A stretch of 64,000 nucleotides of DNA from a virus (lineage: Duplodnaviria > Caudoviricetes): positions 34,257 to 98,256 of IMG/VR virus record IMGVR_UViG_3300001580_000011, one strand, 5' to 3'. Of the stretch, positions 31,844 to 41,052 are shown piece by piece; positions within the stretch are counted from its first letter, which is position 1, and each line of letters begins with the position of its first letter. Below the pieces are notes generated by a model. It did no database searches. It was not told where the DNA came from and worked only from the letters and a program-made list of their open reading frames with translations. The position numbers and the translations under genes are program-made.

Positions 31844-32060
31844 TGCAATGAAGGAAAATTTATGTAAAAATAAAGGTCCTTTATGCAGTCACGCCGTTCC
31901 TCATTTATCAAGTGAATGTATTAGATTGGATGCTTCAAACGACTGTATTTTTTCAAATTATAAAATACATGAATGCTTTCCAATTACTGTAGGAACCGCA
32001 TTTTGTGTTGAGTGTGAGGATATATTATTAACGGATTATATGAAAAGAATAGGAATATAA
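31800..32060 (+). CDS. Cys/His-rich protein with tag B
   Basis: CSHAVPH; ends TDYMKRIGI. Confidence 0.7.
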   Translation: MVVMQKMSGVQVICNAMKENLCKNKGPLCSHAVPHLSSECIRLDASNDCIFSNYKIHECFPITVGTAFCVECEDILLTDYMKRIGI

Positions 32061-32671
32061 TGAATCACAATACAAGAGAAATACACGATCCTAAATTGAA
32101 AGAACAGCTTGATGGTATTGATTTTTCCAATGCAAAACCATTCAAAGATGTTATTGAAGAATTGGAATATGAAATGGCTAATAGGTCATGGTATAAAAAA
32201 GCATGGGATTGGATTTGGTTCAAGACCTTTTATCATTTAACCCCAACCCAGCTTCAATGGTATAAAACTCAAGTAGAATGTTATTTTCACCGTGGTAAAC
32301 ATGGTTGGTCTTACATGGATACATGGGGATATGACCGATATCTTGCACAGGTTATTTCCGGTGGTGTAAAGAATATTCGTAAAAATACTTATGGGCATCC
32401 TTGTGATTGTGAGGAAGAACAGTGGAACGATATCCTCGACAAGATTGCCTTTACTTTTGATCTTGCTATTCGAGTACATGAAGAAGACCTTATATTGCTT
32501 CTTCGCGAAGATTTTGACAATGAAGAGAATTTCCTTGCACAAAAAGAACGTTATATCAAATTGTCAAAAGAAAATCCGGATTTTTGGAAGATTGTATCCG
32601 ATGAAGATACGGTGAAATATAAAGAAGGCTGGAGATTATTCGAACGGTATTTTTTTTCATTGTGGGTTTAG
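32060..32671 (+). CDS. Conserved phage hypothetical protein
   Basis: DTW..D.YLA..W..ILDKI..F..EG..LF..YF..LW pattern. Confidence 0.7.
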   Translation: MNHNTREIHDPKLKEQLDGIDFSNAKPFKDVIEELEYEMANRSWYKKAWDWIWFKTFYHLTPTQLQWYKTQVECYFHRGKHGWSYMDTWGYDRYLAQVISGGVKNIRKNTYGHPCDCEEEQWNDILDKIAFTFDLAIRVHEEDLILLLREDFDNEENFLAQKERYIKLSKENPDFWKIVSDEDTVKYKEGWRLFERYFFSLWV

Positions 32672-32674
32672 GAT

Positions 32675-33061
32675 ATGAAAAGGACATTATTCATTCTATT
32701 TGCAACTCTTATTATATTTTTACTTGTATTTCAAACATACTCCCAGGCGCAGGAAAGGTGGGTTACTATTGCTGAGGATAAATCCAACGGAAGGCTGGCT
32801 GTTGAAGTAACTACTTATGATCCCTTGAAGGGCGCGTGGTTTCTTTTCGATAAAAGAGATAAGAAAAAAATTATTCGAATTATAGAGGAAAAAGAAAACA
32901 TGGCTGTTTGCTTCAATGCATGCATTGAGAACGATGTTTTCTATACTTTACAGGAAAAACAGTGTGCAATTATTTCACAGGGTACGGTTGCTGAAACAAT
33001 TTTTATGTCTTTATTAGTCATAAGAAATGAATATGAAAAACGGAAAGGTATAAAAAAATGA
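32675..33061 (+). CDS. Secreted hypothetical protein
   Basis: Signal peptide ending SQA. Confidence 0.6.
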   Translation: MKRTLFILFATLIIFLLVFQTYSQAQERWVTIAEDKSNGRLAVEVTTYDPLKGAWFLFDKRDKKKIIRIIEEKENMAVCFNACIENDVFYTLQEKQCAIISQGTVAETIFMSLLVIRNEYEKRKGIKK

Positions 33062-33366
33062 TATTGGTAATGTACATTATAGGGTTTATGATAGGAATTT
33101 TATTTTATTGGTTATCTTCTATTATAGGGTCATTATGGCTGCAAATAGTTTTATTTCCGATTATATTTTCTGTGGGTTATTTGATAGCCTGTGGAATGTT
33201 TTATAAATTTTCGAAATAGGGTTTCGCAAAGCAACAGTGTAATATATTTCATTCTTCTGTAGAAAGGGGGTAGCAGACTATGCCGTCCCTCTTTCTTTGC
33301 GTATTTACATTTTATGTAAAATGTAGTATAATATGAATAATTATAAGTAAAAAGGTAAATAATATT

Positions 33367-33600
33367 ATGGGTAAAAAATTGTATTATGAAAGACCGATTG
33401 TTGTATATTGTTACACCTGCCGAGAATGGTATTATGAAAAGAAAGTTGAATTCATCAATATCGAAGAAGGCATACAGGGTGAAGATATCCTTACTTTCAA
33501 GTGCCCTGTTTGTTCGACAGTCAATTCCTCTAAGTTTGTTCGACAGTCAATTCCTCTAAGTTTGTTCGACAGTCAATTCCTCTATAGAGGAATTGGATGA
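33367..33600 (+). CDS. Zinc-ribbon protein whose C-terminus is altered by a tandem repeat
   Basis: CYTC..CPVC; contains a 26-bp unit three times. Confidence 0.6.
   Translation: MGKKLYYERPIVVYCYTCREWYYEKKVEFINIEEGIQGEDILTFKCPVCSTVNSSKFVRQSIPLSLFDSQFLYRGIG
33508..33584. repeat. 26-bp tandem repeat, three copies
   Basis: GTTTGTTCGACAGTCAATTCCTCTAA. Confidence 0.92.
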
Positions 33601-33848
33601 TGTGTAATGAAACAAGGATGGGTTTGGGTCGCCACAACCTATTATACAGTCGGTGTGAATATTATAGATGATGTTATTACTTATGCACCACCTATAGTAA
33701 AATGGGCAAAGGGTAAAAAATTATCAGAGTATAAATCATATCTTGAAAGAAAAGGTGTTCTTGTTGAATGGAAAGAGTATGAAGAAAAAAATAAGTGATA
33801 CCAAAAAATGTAAAAATAAAATGTATGATGTATAAAGGAGTATGACAA

Positions 33849-34349
33849 ATGAAGAAAGCCTATATTATGCTGATACTTGGGGTATTATGCCTCATGTATA
33901 CAGTACATGACTTTTATTCTATCTTGCCAATACCTGTTTTTGTAATAGATGATCCTATTATGGCAAAATCAGAAGAAATGCTGAGATATGCTGGTTGTCC
34001 AGAGAAAAAAATTCCGATACTGGCTCATGCTGTCTCAACGGCATCAAAATCTACAGATGGAGAAATTTCTCCAGCACTTATCGTAGCTCTGGTAAGAACG
34101 GAGTCTACATATAAGTCGGATGCTATATCGTCAAAAGGTTATAAAGGTTTGATGCAAACACCGAAAGCAACGTTTGAATATGCTGATGTCGATATCCTTT
34201 ATGGTGTTCGTATATTGAGGGACAAGATTCGTATTGCAAATGGGAATCTTGAATTGGCTCTGGCACTTTATAAAGGTGGAAATAATCCAGAGGCAAAACG
34301 TTATGCAAAACAGACGATGAATCTGTATATGCAACTAGCAATGAAATAG
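33849..34349 (+). CDS. Lytic transglycosylase (SLT domain) with N-terminal anchor
   Basis: ALVRTES, AISSKGYKGLMQ, ALALYKGG. Confidence 0.88.
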   Translation: MKKAYIMLILGVLCLMYTVHDFYSILPIPVFVIDDPIMAKSEEMLRYAGCPEKKIPILAHAVSTASKSTDGEISPALIVALVRTESTYKSDAISSKGYKGLMQTPKATFEYADVDILYGVRILRDKIRIANGNLELALALYKGGNNPEAKRYAKQTMNLYMQLAMK

Positions 34350-34797
34350 GAGAATGTGTTGTGGAAAAGAAAATTGATTCAACAGTAGTAAAGATGGTAA
34401 AGGAGAACAGGGTAATGAGAAATATAATTGATTGGATTCATAAACAGTTACTTTTTGTCATTACAATTACTTTTATTTTCGGAGCTTGTGCCGGATTATA
34501 TGGTGGAAAGATGATATACGAAAATAAGCTTGGTGAGGCCGTGAAAATTGGTGGGGCCGTACTCGAAAACAAGGTATATGACGTAAAGATGAGGCCGTAA
34601 TTTACATCGCAATAAATATTTATTATAATAGGAGAGTGTCAAATGTCATATAATTATGATCCTTGTGATGATTGTGATTGGGATGATTGTGAAAATTGTT
34701 ATGAGAGAGAATATAAAGAAGAGTTTGCCCAAATTCAGAGGGATGAAGCAATCTCAAAAGGCGATGATCCTATAATTTTTTCAGAGGACTTGATGGA

Positions 34798-35139
34798 ATG
34801 AAACGGTTGGTTTTTGAATGTAAAGTAAAAGGTTCAAATTTAGAACAGTATGAAGTTCGTATAATAGAACAAACCCATCGCTGTTTGGAATTTGGTACTC
34901 ATAACGATACTTTTGTTGCTAAAAATGGAATAAAATTTCAATCTGTTGGTTGCCCTCAATGGAAACCACGCAATAATCTTTTGTATGTTCGTGGATATGA
35001 AAGAAACAAAGACGATCAATCCTTTATTGTTTCCATACTAGATTATAAAAAGTTATTGAATGCTATGAAAGAGTATAATGAGACTTTTAAAATTCCAATG
35101 TCACATGTTTTAGATGATAATTTATTTGAGGTGCAATAA
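34798..35139 (+). CDS. EQSHR-family protein with tag A
   Basis: IIEQTHR..AKNG..PQW..LYVRG..AMKEYN; ends LDDNLFEVQ. Confidence 0.75.
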   Translation: MKRLVFECKVKGSNLEQYEVRIIEQTHRCLEFGTHNDTFVAKNGIKFQSVGCPQWKPRNNLLYVRGYERNKDDQSFIVSILDYKKLLNAMKEYNETFKIPMSHVLDDNLFEVQ

Positions 35140-35549
35140 TGACATTACGCCGTAATTATTATAATGTTACATCTGGACAAAATGATGAATCAAATAAGAC
35201 GCCCATCTTTCTTTCTATTAAAGAACCTATTATAATTGAAGGTGTTGAGTTTTTCCCGTTTGTTGCATACGGTAAGGGGAGAATTTTTACATCTGTTATT
35301 ATTGAACAGGATGGAAGACAACAGCAATATGATGTTATTACTGCATCGTTCACAGGGTTTTCCAAAGACCAGATGAAACTTTTTATCCGTGGAACTTATC
35401 AAAGAAAAAAAGGTTCTGTAGGTATGTTTGTTGAAAAGAACGATCTGAATTTGATTGTCGAAATTATAAAGCAATATAATGAAATATTAGGACATAGTAC
35501 TATTATACCAGACCCAAATATTCTCGATAAGGAGCTGTTTGAAATATGA
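35139..35549 (+). CDS. Divergent EQSHR-family protein with tag A
   Basis: IIEQ..LFIRG..IKQYN; ends LDKELFEI. Confidence 0.7.
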   Translation: MTLRRNYYNVTSGQNDESNKTPIFLSIKEPIIIEGVEFFPFVAYGKGRIFTSVIIEQDGRQQQYDVITASFTGFSKDQMKLFIRGTYQRKKGSVGMFVEKNDLNLIVEIIKQYNEILGHSTIIPDPNILDKELFEI

Positions 35550-35834
35550 GGCCATTTTTATTCAACGATGAAAGTACCAATAAAAATTATTATCTTGAGA
35601 TCATTGAAACACCGGGCATTGAAACAGACGACGATATGATCGAATTTTTTGATGCCAATATGTGTGATAGTGCTGAAATGGAATATCTTGAAAGACATTT
35701 TGGTGTTCACGATATTTCTTACGATTATGATGTAATGTTCGGATTTACTTCATACGAATGGGAAGATATTGAAGGATTGAAGAAGTATTGGTCAAAGTGG
35801 TTGACCGATCTTGGCTTCACAGTGGGAGAGTGGT

Positions 35835-36038
35835 ATGAGTAAACTTAGCGAAACATTGGTGGAAACGATCAAGTTTCTGGAAATCAATCCTGTTGACCTG
35901 GCAGAGAAGTCGGGTTTACCATTGGACACCGTTCTCGGTTTATTGAGAGGGGATATCGAGATTGACGAAGCTATGGATGCTGGATTGCAGATAGCATTTG
36001 GAACTCGTAGAGGGTATTGGCTACAATTTAAGGATTGA
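35835..36038 (+). CDS. HigA-like XRE HTH protein
   Basis: DLAEKSGLP..V..LLRG..I...L..AFGT...YWL. Confidence 0.7.
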   Translation: MSKLSETLVETIKFLEINPVDLAEKSGLPLDTVLGLLRGDIEIDEAMDAGLQIAFGTRRGYWLQFKD

Positions 36039-36173
36039 TTATGTAAAAAATTGTCTCTTATATTCATTATGGCAGGATATCAAAAAACTCTTTTGGTTTT
36101 GTCTTGCTCTTATTACTTTACTTACGACGGCGGTTATTATTGTGGTGAAATATTTCAAGTAGGAGAATATAAA

Positions 36174-36707
36174 TTGAGCTGTGTGGTTTCGATTGTACAA
36201 GATGGTGTGATTTTTATGGGCGGAGATTCTTTGGCTATTGATGACGATAGTAATCAAACCCTTGTCAAGGATGAAAAGGTTTTTTATAAGACCGTAGGAT
36301 TGAAGTCAAAGATGTTGATGGGGTTCGTGGGTAACTATCGAATCGGTAACATAATGAAACATACCTTCAAGTGCCCCAAAAGACTTTCCAACGATACAGT
36401 AGAACAATATATTTATGACCGTTTCATTGTCTCTCTCAAAGAAGCTGTGAAAAATGAAAACTTTGAGGATACCTCCCTTCTTATCGGATATGAAAAAAAT
36501 CTTTATGTTATAGAGGACGATTTCAGTGTTGTGTGTCCTGTTAGTCCTTATACGGCAATAGGTCACGGTGGTGCTTACGCACTTGGTGCCTTGTCCGTAC
36601 TCTTTTCTTTCGGAATAGCCCCACAAATGAAAATTGAGAAGGCCTTGTCTGCTGCCTCGGAACATTCTGCTGCTGTAAAACCCCCTTACCTGATATTGGA
36701 ATTATAA
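36174..36707 (+). CDS. HslV/proteasome-beta-like Ntn peptidase
   Basis: TTG start after SD AGGAG; SCVVSI..MGGDS, KVF, AIGHGGAYALGAL. Confidence 0.75.
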   Translation: MSCVVSIVQDGVIFMGGDSLAIDDDSNQTLVKDEKVFYKTVGLKSKMLMGFVGNYRIGNIMKHTFKCPKRLSNDTVEQYIYDRFIVSLKEAVKNENFEDTSLLIGYEKNLYVIEDDFSVVCPVSPYTAIGHGGAYALGALSVLFSFGIAPQMKIEKALSAASEHSAAVKPPYLILEL

Positions 36708-36708
36708 A

Positions 36709-36939
36709 ATGAATATACAATTGATTATAGAATTCACCGCAATGGTGCTGGTTTTCGCTGGAGTTTGGCAAATTACAATTCCAAAGAAAAATGGTTTATA
36801 TTGGATGATACTTGCACAAATATTTTGGTCAATCTTTGCTGTAATGACGGGATCGTGGTTTCTCTTATTACAAAATGTGGTCTTATTGGGATTCAATGTA
36901 AGAGGCATCCGTAATTGGACGGCAAAAGGTATCGGATAG
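36709..36939 (+). CDS. Small 3-TM membrane protein (PnuC-like)
   Basis: Hydrophobic helices; GIRNW C-terminus. Confidence 0.6.
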   Translation: MNIQLIIEFTAMVLVFAGVWQITIPKKNGLYWMILAQIFWSIFAVMTGSWFLLLQNVVLLGFNVRGIRNWTAKGIG

Positions 36940-37644
36940 ATGATTATTTACAAGGCCGTAAATAAAATAAACGGGAAATGTTATATTGGGCAAACAAAAA
37001 AATCTTTGAAAAAAAGAATTTATGTTCATATACAAGGAGCACTAGCAAGAAAAAATAATGGTTATTTTCATAACGCTATTCGGAAATATGGTAAAGAATT
37101 TTTTGATTGGGAAATTCTTTGTGAATGTTCATCAAAGGAAGAAATGGACGAAAGAGAAATGTTCTATATCAAAGAACATAATACAATGACGCCGAATGGA
37201 TATAATATGACAGTTGGTGGTGAAGGTGTATGGGGATATAAACATACAGAAGAAGCTAGAAAAAAAATGAGTTTACTCAATAAAGGAAAGATTGTTTCGG
37301 AAGAAACAAGAAAGAAAATGAGTATTGCTTTTACTGGTAGATTTGTTTCAGAGGAAACAAGAAAGAAAATGAGCGAATCTGGTAAGAAAAAAATATTTAC
37401 AGAGGAACATTTGAAAAATATAAGTAAAGCAAGAATGGGTGAAGGTAATGCAATGTATGGAAAACACCATTCAGAGGAAGCAAAAGAAAAGATAAGAAAA
37501 AGTAGGCGGGGAAAGGGGAAAAGATTTGGTGAAGATAACCCGTTTTATGGAAAACATCACTCAGAGGAAATAAAAAAAAGAATAAGTGATGGTGCAAAGA
37601 ATTATTGGAGAAAGAAGAAAGGTTGGGAGTTGACTGTAGAATGA
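36940..37644 (+). mobile_element. Free-standing GIY-YIG homing endonuclease with NUMOD3 repeats (Seg-like)
   Basis: IIYKAVNKINGKCYIGQT, GYNMTVGGEG, repeated SEETRKKMS and NPFYGKHHSEE. Confidence 0.92.
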
Positions 37645-38069
37645 AATTTCGCGGTGAATATAACTTTTTGTCAAACTTCCACTCTGCAAAAGTGGTGTAT
37701 GAAAGTGTAGAATACCCTACAGTAGAAAATGCGTATCAGGCGGCAAAAGTGGATGATATAAAATTACGAGAGTATTTTACAAAATCAAATCCGGTTGAGG
37801 CAAAGAGAGAAGGAAAAAAATTGAGTATGGTTGGACTTGTTCGCCCAGATTGGGATAATATAAAGGTCAATATTATGTATGGTCTATTGAAACAAAAGTT
37901 TTCCCATCCATACCTGAAAAAAAAATTGAATGAAATAAGGGGCCCAATTATTGAACATAATGAGTGGCACGATAACTTTTGGGGTTCTTGCACTTGTAAC
38001 ATCTGTAAGGACAAAGGGAAGAATGTGTTGGGCAAATTATTGATGAAAATAAGGGAATATAAAAAATGA
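37641..38069 (+). CDS. NADAR (YbiA-like) family protein
   Basis: FLSNF..YPTVENAYQAAK..RPDW..KF..E...WHDNFWG..G.N.LGKLLM. Confidence 0.9.
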   Translation: MKFRGEYNFLSNFHSAKVVYESVEYPTVENAYQAAKVDDIKLREYFTKSNPVEAKREGKKLSMVGLVRPDWDNIKVNIMYGLLKQKFSHPYLKKKLNEIRGPIIEHNEWHDNFWGSCTCNICKDKGKNVLGKLLMKIREYKK

Positions 38070-39220
38070 AAAGAATTGGTATTATTGATGCTGACCTGAT
38101 TAGTACAAATAAAAGGAATAAAGGTACACATCCAAATCTTGCTTGTATGAAACTTTCGGGCTTTCATAAAGTTAAAGGAGATAAGGTTGATCTTCTTCTA
38201 AATTATAATACTATTGATGATTACGATCAAGTTTATATTTCTAAAGTATTTACCGATAGTATTGTTCCCACTGTAAATGAGTTTTTTGAAGTACCATATA
38301 TTGAAAGACCATATGTAAAATATGGAGGAACCGGATTTTTTCTTGGTAATGCAGAACCCCTACCTGATTATATTGAACATCATTATCCAGATTATAATCT
38401 TTATTGTAAATGGGTTTCTCAAGAGGAAGAACGTGGTATTAAACAAGCAAGACTTAAATATTATAAAAACTATTCTATTGGATTCACCACAAGAGGATGT
38501 TTTCGTAAATGTCAATTTTGTGTCAATCAGAAATACGATAAAGTATTTTTTCATTCGCATGTAAAAGAATTTTTCAATCCAGATAAAAAAATAATTTCTT
38601 TATGGGACGATAATATTTTTGGTTATTCAAAATGGAATGAAGTATTTGCAGAATTGATTGATACAGGAAAGAATTTTGAATTTAAACAAGGAATGGATAT
38701 TCGTTTACTTTCAAAAGAAAAGGCAAAAACGATTTCATCTTGTAAGTATTATGGAGATTATATTTTTGCGTTTGATAATATAGATGATAAGGAAAGAATT
38801 ATAAGTCAATTGAAATTGTGGAGAGAATATGTAAATCCAAAAAGAAAAACCAAATTGTATATTCTTTGTGGATTCGATAAAAATGGAAATTATGATGAAA
38901 CTTTTTGGCGACAGGATATAATAAATACGTTTGAACGAATAAAGGTTCTTATGGAATTTGGTTGTGTTCCTTATATTATGAGATTTAGGAAATGTAATGG
39001 CCCATATAGGGATGTTTATCAGGGGATCAAAAGGTGGTGTAATTATGTGCCTGGTTATATGAAGAAAAGTTTCCGGCAGTATTGTGTTATCCAGGGTGAA
39101 GCCGGAAGAAATCCAGAAATAAATTCATTAAGAAAAATGGAAAAATTACATCCAGATATTGTTAAAAGATATTTTGACTTAAGAAGGGAAGATATAATTC
39201 TTGATAAAGACTGGTTATAA
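38066..39220 (+). CDS. Radical SAM protein (phage type, PNLACMKLS N-terminal domain)
   Basis: TTRGCFRKCQFCV, WDDN, QGMDIRL. Confidence 0.85.
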   Translation: MKRIGIIDADLISTNKRNKGTHPNLACMKLSGFHKVKGDKVDLLLNYNTIDDYDQVYISKVFTDSIVPTVNEFFEVPYIERPYVKYGGTGFFLGNAEPLPDYIEHHYPDYNLYCKWVSQEEERGIKQARLKYYKNYSIGFTTRGCFRKCQFCVNQKYDKVFFHSHVKEFFNPDKKIISLWDDNIFGYSKWNEVFAELIDTGKNFEFKQGMDIRLLSKEKAKTISSCKYYGDYIFAFDNIDDKERIISQLKLWREYVNPKRKTKLYILCGFDKNGNYDETFWRQDIINTFERIKVLMEFGCVPYIMRFRKCNGPYRDVYQGIKRWCNYVPGYMKKSFRQYCVIQGEAGRNPEINSLRKMEKLHPDIVKRYFDLRREDIILDKDWL

Positions 39221-39223
39221 CTT

Positions 39224-39339
39224 ATAATATTAAGTACTTACATATAACATATTGAAACGATTGAGGGCTCTTCGGAACCCTCTTTTTTTGTATTTATTTG
39301 ATATTGTTGGGGTATTTTTGATGTAACCTTGTTTACATA
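39224..39339 (+). repeat. Terminator-plus-early-promoter cassette, copy 1 (PeSL-like)
   Basis: 116 bp near-identical to 42073-42188; cUUCGg hairpin, T run, then GTTTACA. Confidence 0.85.
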
Positions 39340-39370
39340 TAGTCAATAATATGGTATAAGGTGTGATATA

Positions 39371-40627
39371 ATGATTATAGATGATTTAAAATCTCGGCAG
39401 AGTAAGATTCAAGCTCTTTATCCGTCAACGAATCAGGAAATCTATACTCCGAATTTTCTTGTGGAGAGGATTCTTGATAGGTTGCCTAAGAAGCTGTGGA
39501 CTAATCCAGACTTGAAGTGGTGTGATAGTGCAGCCAAGAGTGGTGAGTTTATGGTGGCGGTTATCATCCGTTTGATGGATGGTTTGAAGAAGAAGATTCC
39601 TAACGAGAAGAAACGGTATAACCATATCATTAAGAACATGGTTTATGGTTATTCCCTTACTTTAAGTGGTGCAATGGTTGTCCGTAAGACTGTTTACGGT
39701 GACAGGAATATCATGGGTAACGTATCTGATAAATATTTCATAGAGGAAAACAAGATGAAGTTTGATGTTATAGTTGGGAATCCCCCATATCAAGCCCCTG
39801 TGAAAGAAAAAGCAAAAAAGGGCGGCGCCGGGGCGCAACTTTGGCCAGAGTTTGTAAAGAAGTCTTTAGAATATATCAAGGATGGTGGTTATCTTGCGAT
39901 GATTCATCCTTGTATGTGGAGAAAACCGGACGCGGAAATGTGGCCGGTTCTTACTCAATATCAAATTGAGTGGATTGAAATGCACAGGGCTATTAGAGGA
40001 TATGGTGCCCCGAATGATTTAAGAGAAATAGGAACGGACATTTTTGGGGTTGGAACATCTTTTGATTGTTATGTTCTTCATAAGGTTCTTTATACTAAAC
40101 CTACAGAGGTTGATGATTTTTCCGGCAAGAAATATATTATTGATTTGAGAGAATGGCCGTGGTTGCCCGGAGCGGAGTTTGATCTTATTAAAAAAATCTT
40201 GGCTTCAGATAAGGATAAGAAATGCGAAATTATATCCAATTATAGTTATGAAACTCGCCATTTATGGATGAATGAAAAAAAGGATAAGAAGTTTAAATAT
40301 CCCTGCCTTCATGGAATTCATCAAGACGGTACTATTAGATATTATTATTCATCGAGAAATGATAAAGGTCATTTCAATATCTCTAAAGTAATTTTTGGTG
40401 ACGGGGGGTATGTTTATCCTTTTAACGATTATAAGGGTGAATATGGAATGACTGGACATGCGTTGGCTATCCCGTGTTCTTCTAAAAAAGAGTCTCTTTT
40501 AATATATAATGCACTTAAAAGTGAAAAATTTAAAAGAGTTATTTGGCCCACGAAATGGTCTAATTATGAGACAGAGGGTAAGATGTTCAAATATTTCAAG
40601 AAAGATTTTTGGAAGTATTTTGTATGA
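39371..40627 (+). CDS. Amino (N6A/N4C) DNA methyltransferase, catalytic/TRD subunit
   Basis: FDVIVGNPPYQ; degenerate motif I DSAAKSGEF. Confidence 0.85.
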   Translation: MIIDDLKSRQSKIQALYPSTNQEIYTPNFLVERILDRLPKKLWTNPDLKWCDSAAKSGEFMVAVIIRLMDGLKKKIPNEKKRYNHIIKNMVYGYSLTLSGAMVVRKTVYGDRNIMGNVSDKYFIEENKMKFDVIVGNPPYQAPVKEKAKKGGAGAQLWPEFVKKSLEYIKDGGYLAMIHPCMWRKPDAEMWPVLTQYQIEWIEMHRAIRGYGAPNDLREIGTDIFGVGTSFDCYVLHKVLYTKPTEVDDFSGKKYIIDLREWPWLPGAEFDLIKKILASDKDKKCEIISNYSYETRHLWMNEKKDKKFKYPCLHGIHQDGTIRYYYSSRNDKGHFNISKVIFGDGGYVYPFNDYKGEYGMTGHALAIPCSSKKESLLIYNALKSEKFKRVIWPTKWSNYETEGKMFKYFKKDFWKYFV

Positions 40628-41052
40628 GAACAAAAGCAAGAGCGAAATCATTAGGTGAAGTATTCACACCTACTTTCTTGGTGGAGAGAATACTTCGCAG
40701 GTTGCCACAGGATACCTTTACGGACTATTCAAAGACTGTACTGGATAATTCTTGTGGTAATGGTAACTTCATTGTTGAAGTAATGCAATGGAGAATGATG
40801 AATGGTATATCACATAAGGATGCCATATCTACAATCTATGGTATCGACATAGATGAAATGAATGTCAATGAATGTAAGGAAAGGTTATTGATGGGAAAGA
40901 CCGATCCTGACTTGAAGGCAATTGTCAATAATAATATCATTTGTGCCAATGCTCTTGACCCTGAGCATGAAGGATGGTATAATGTAGGATATATGTGGGA
41001 CAAGAGTAAACCGACAAGTAAAAAGGTGTTAAACATATTTTTCGATGAATAA
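40624..41052 (+). CDS. DNA methyltransferase SAM-binding subunit (no NPPY)
   Basis: GEVFTP, VLDNSCGNGNF, IYGIDID, NIICANAL. Confidence 0.85.
   Translation: MRTKARAKSLGEVFTPTFLVERILRRLPQDTFTDYSKTVLDNSCGNGNFIVEVMQWRMMNGISHKDAISTIYGIDIDEMNVNECKERLLMGKTDPDLKAIVNNNIICANALDPEHEGWYNVGYMWDKSKPTSKKVLNIFFDE

Noticed and set aside
13592-35549. Tags explained as DNA repeats, integron attC sites or DGR variable regions
   Set aside because: Variation is synonymous, there are no attC-like palindromes, no adenine-specific TR/VR pair, and no integrase or reverse transcriptase in the window
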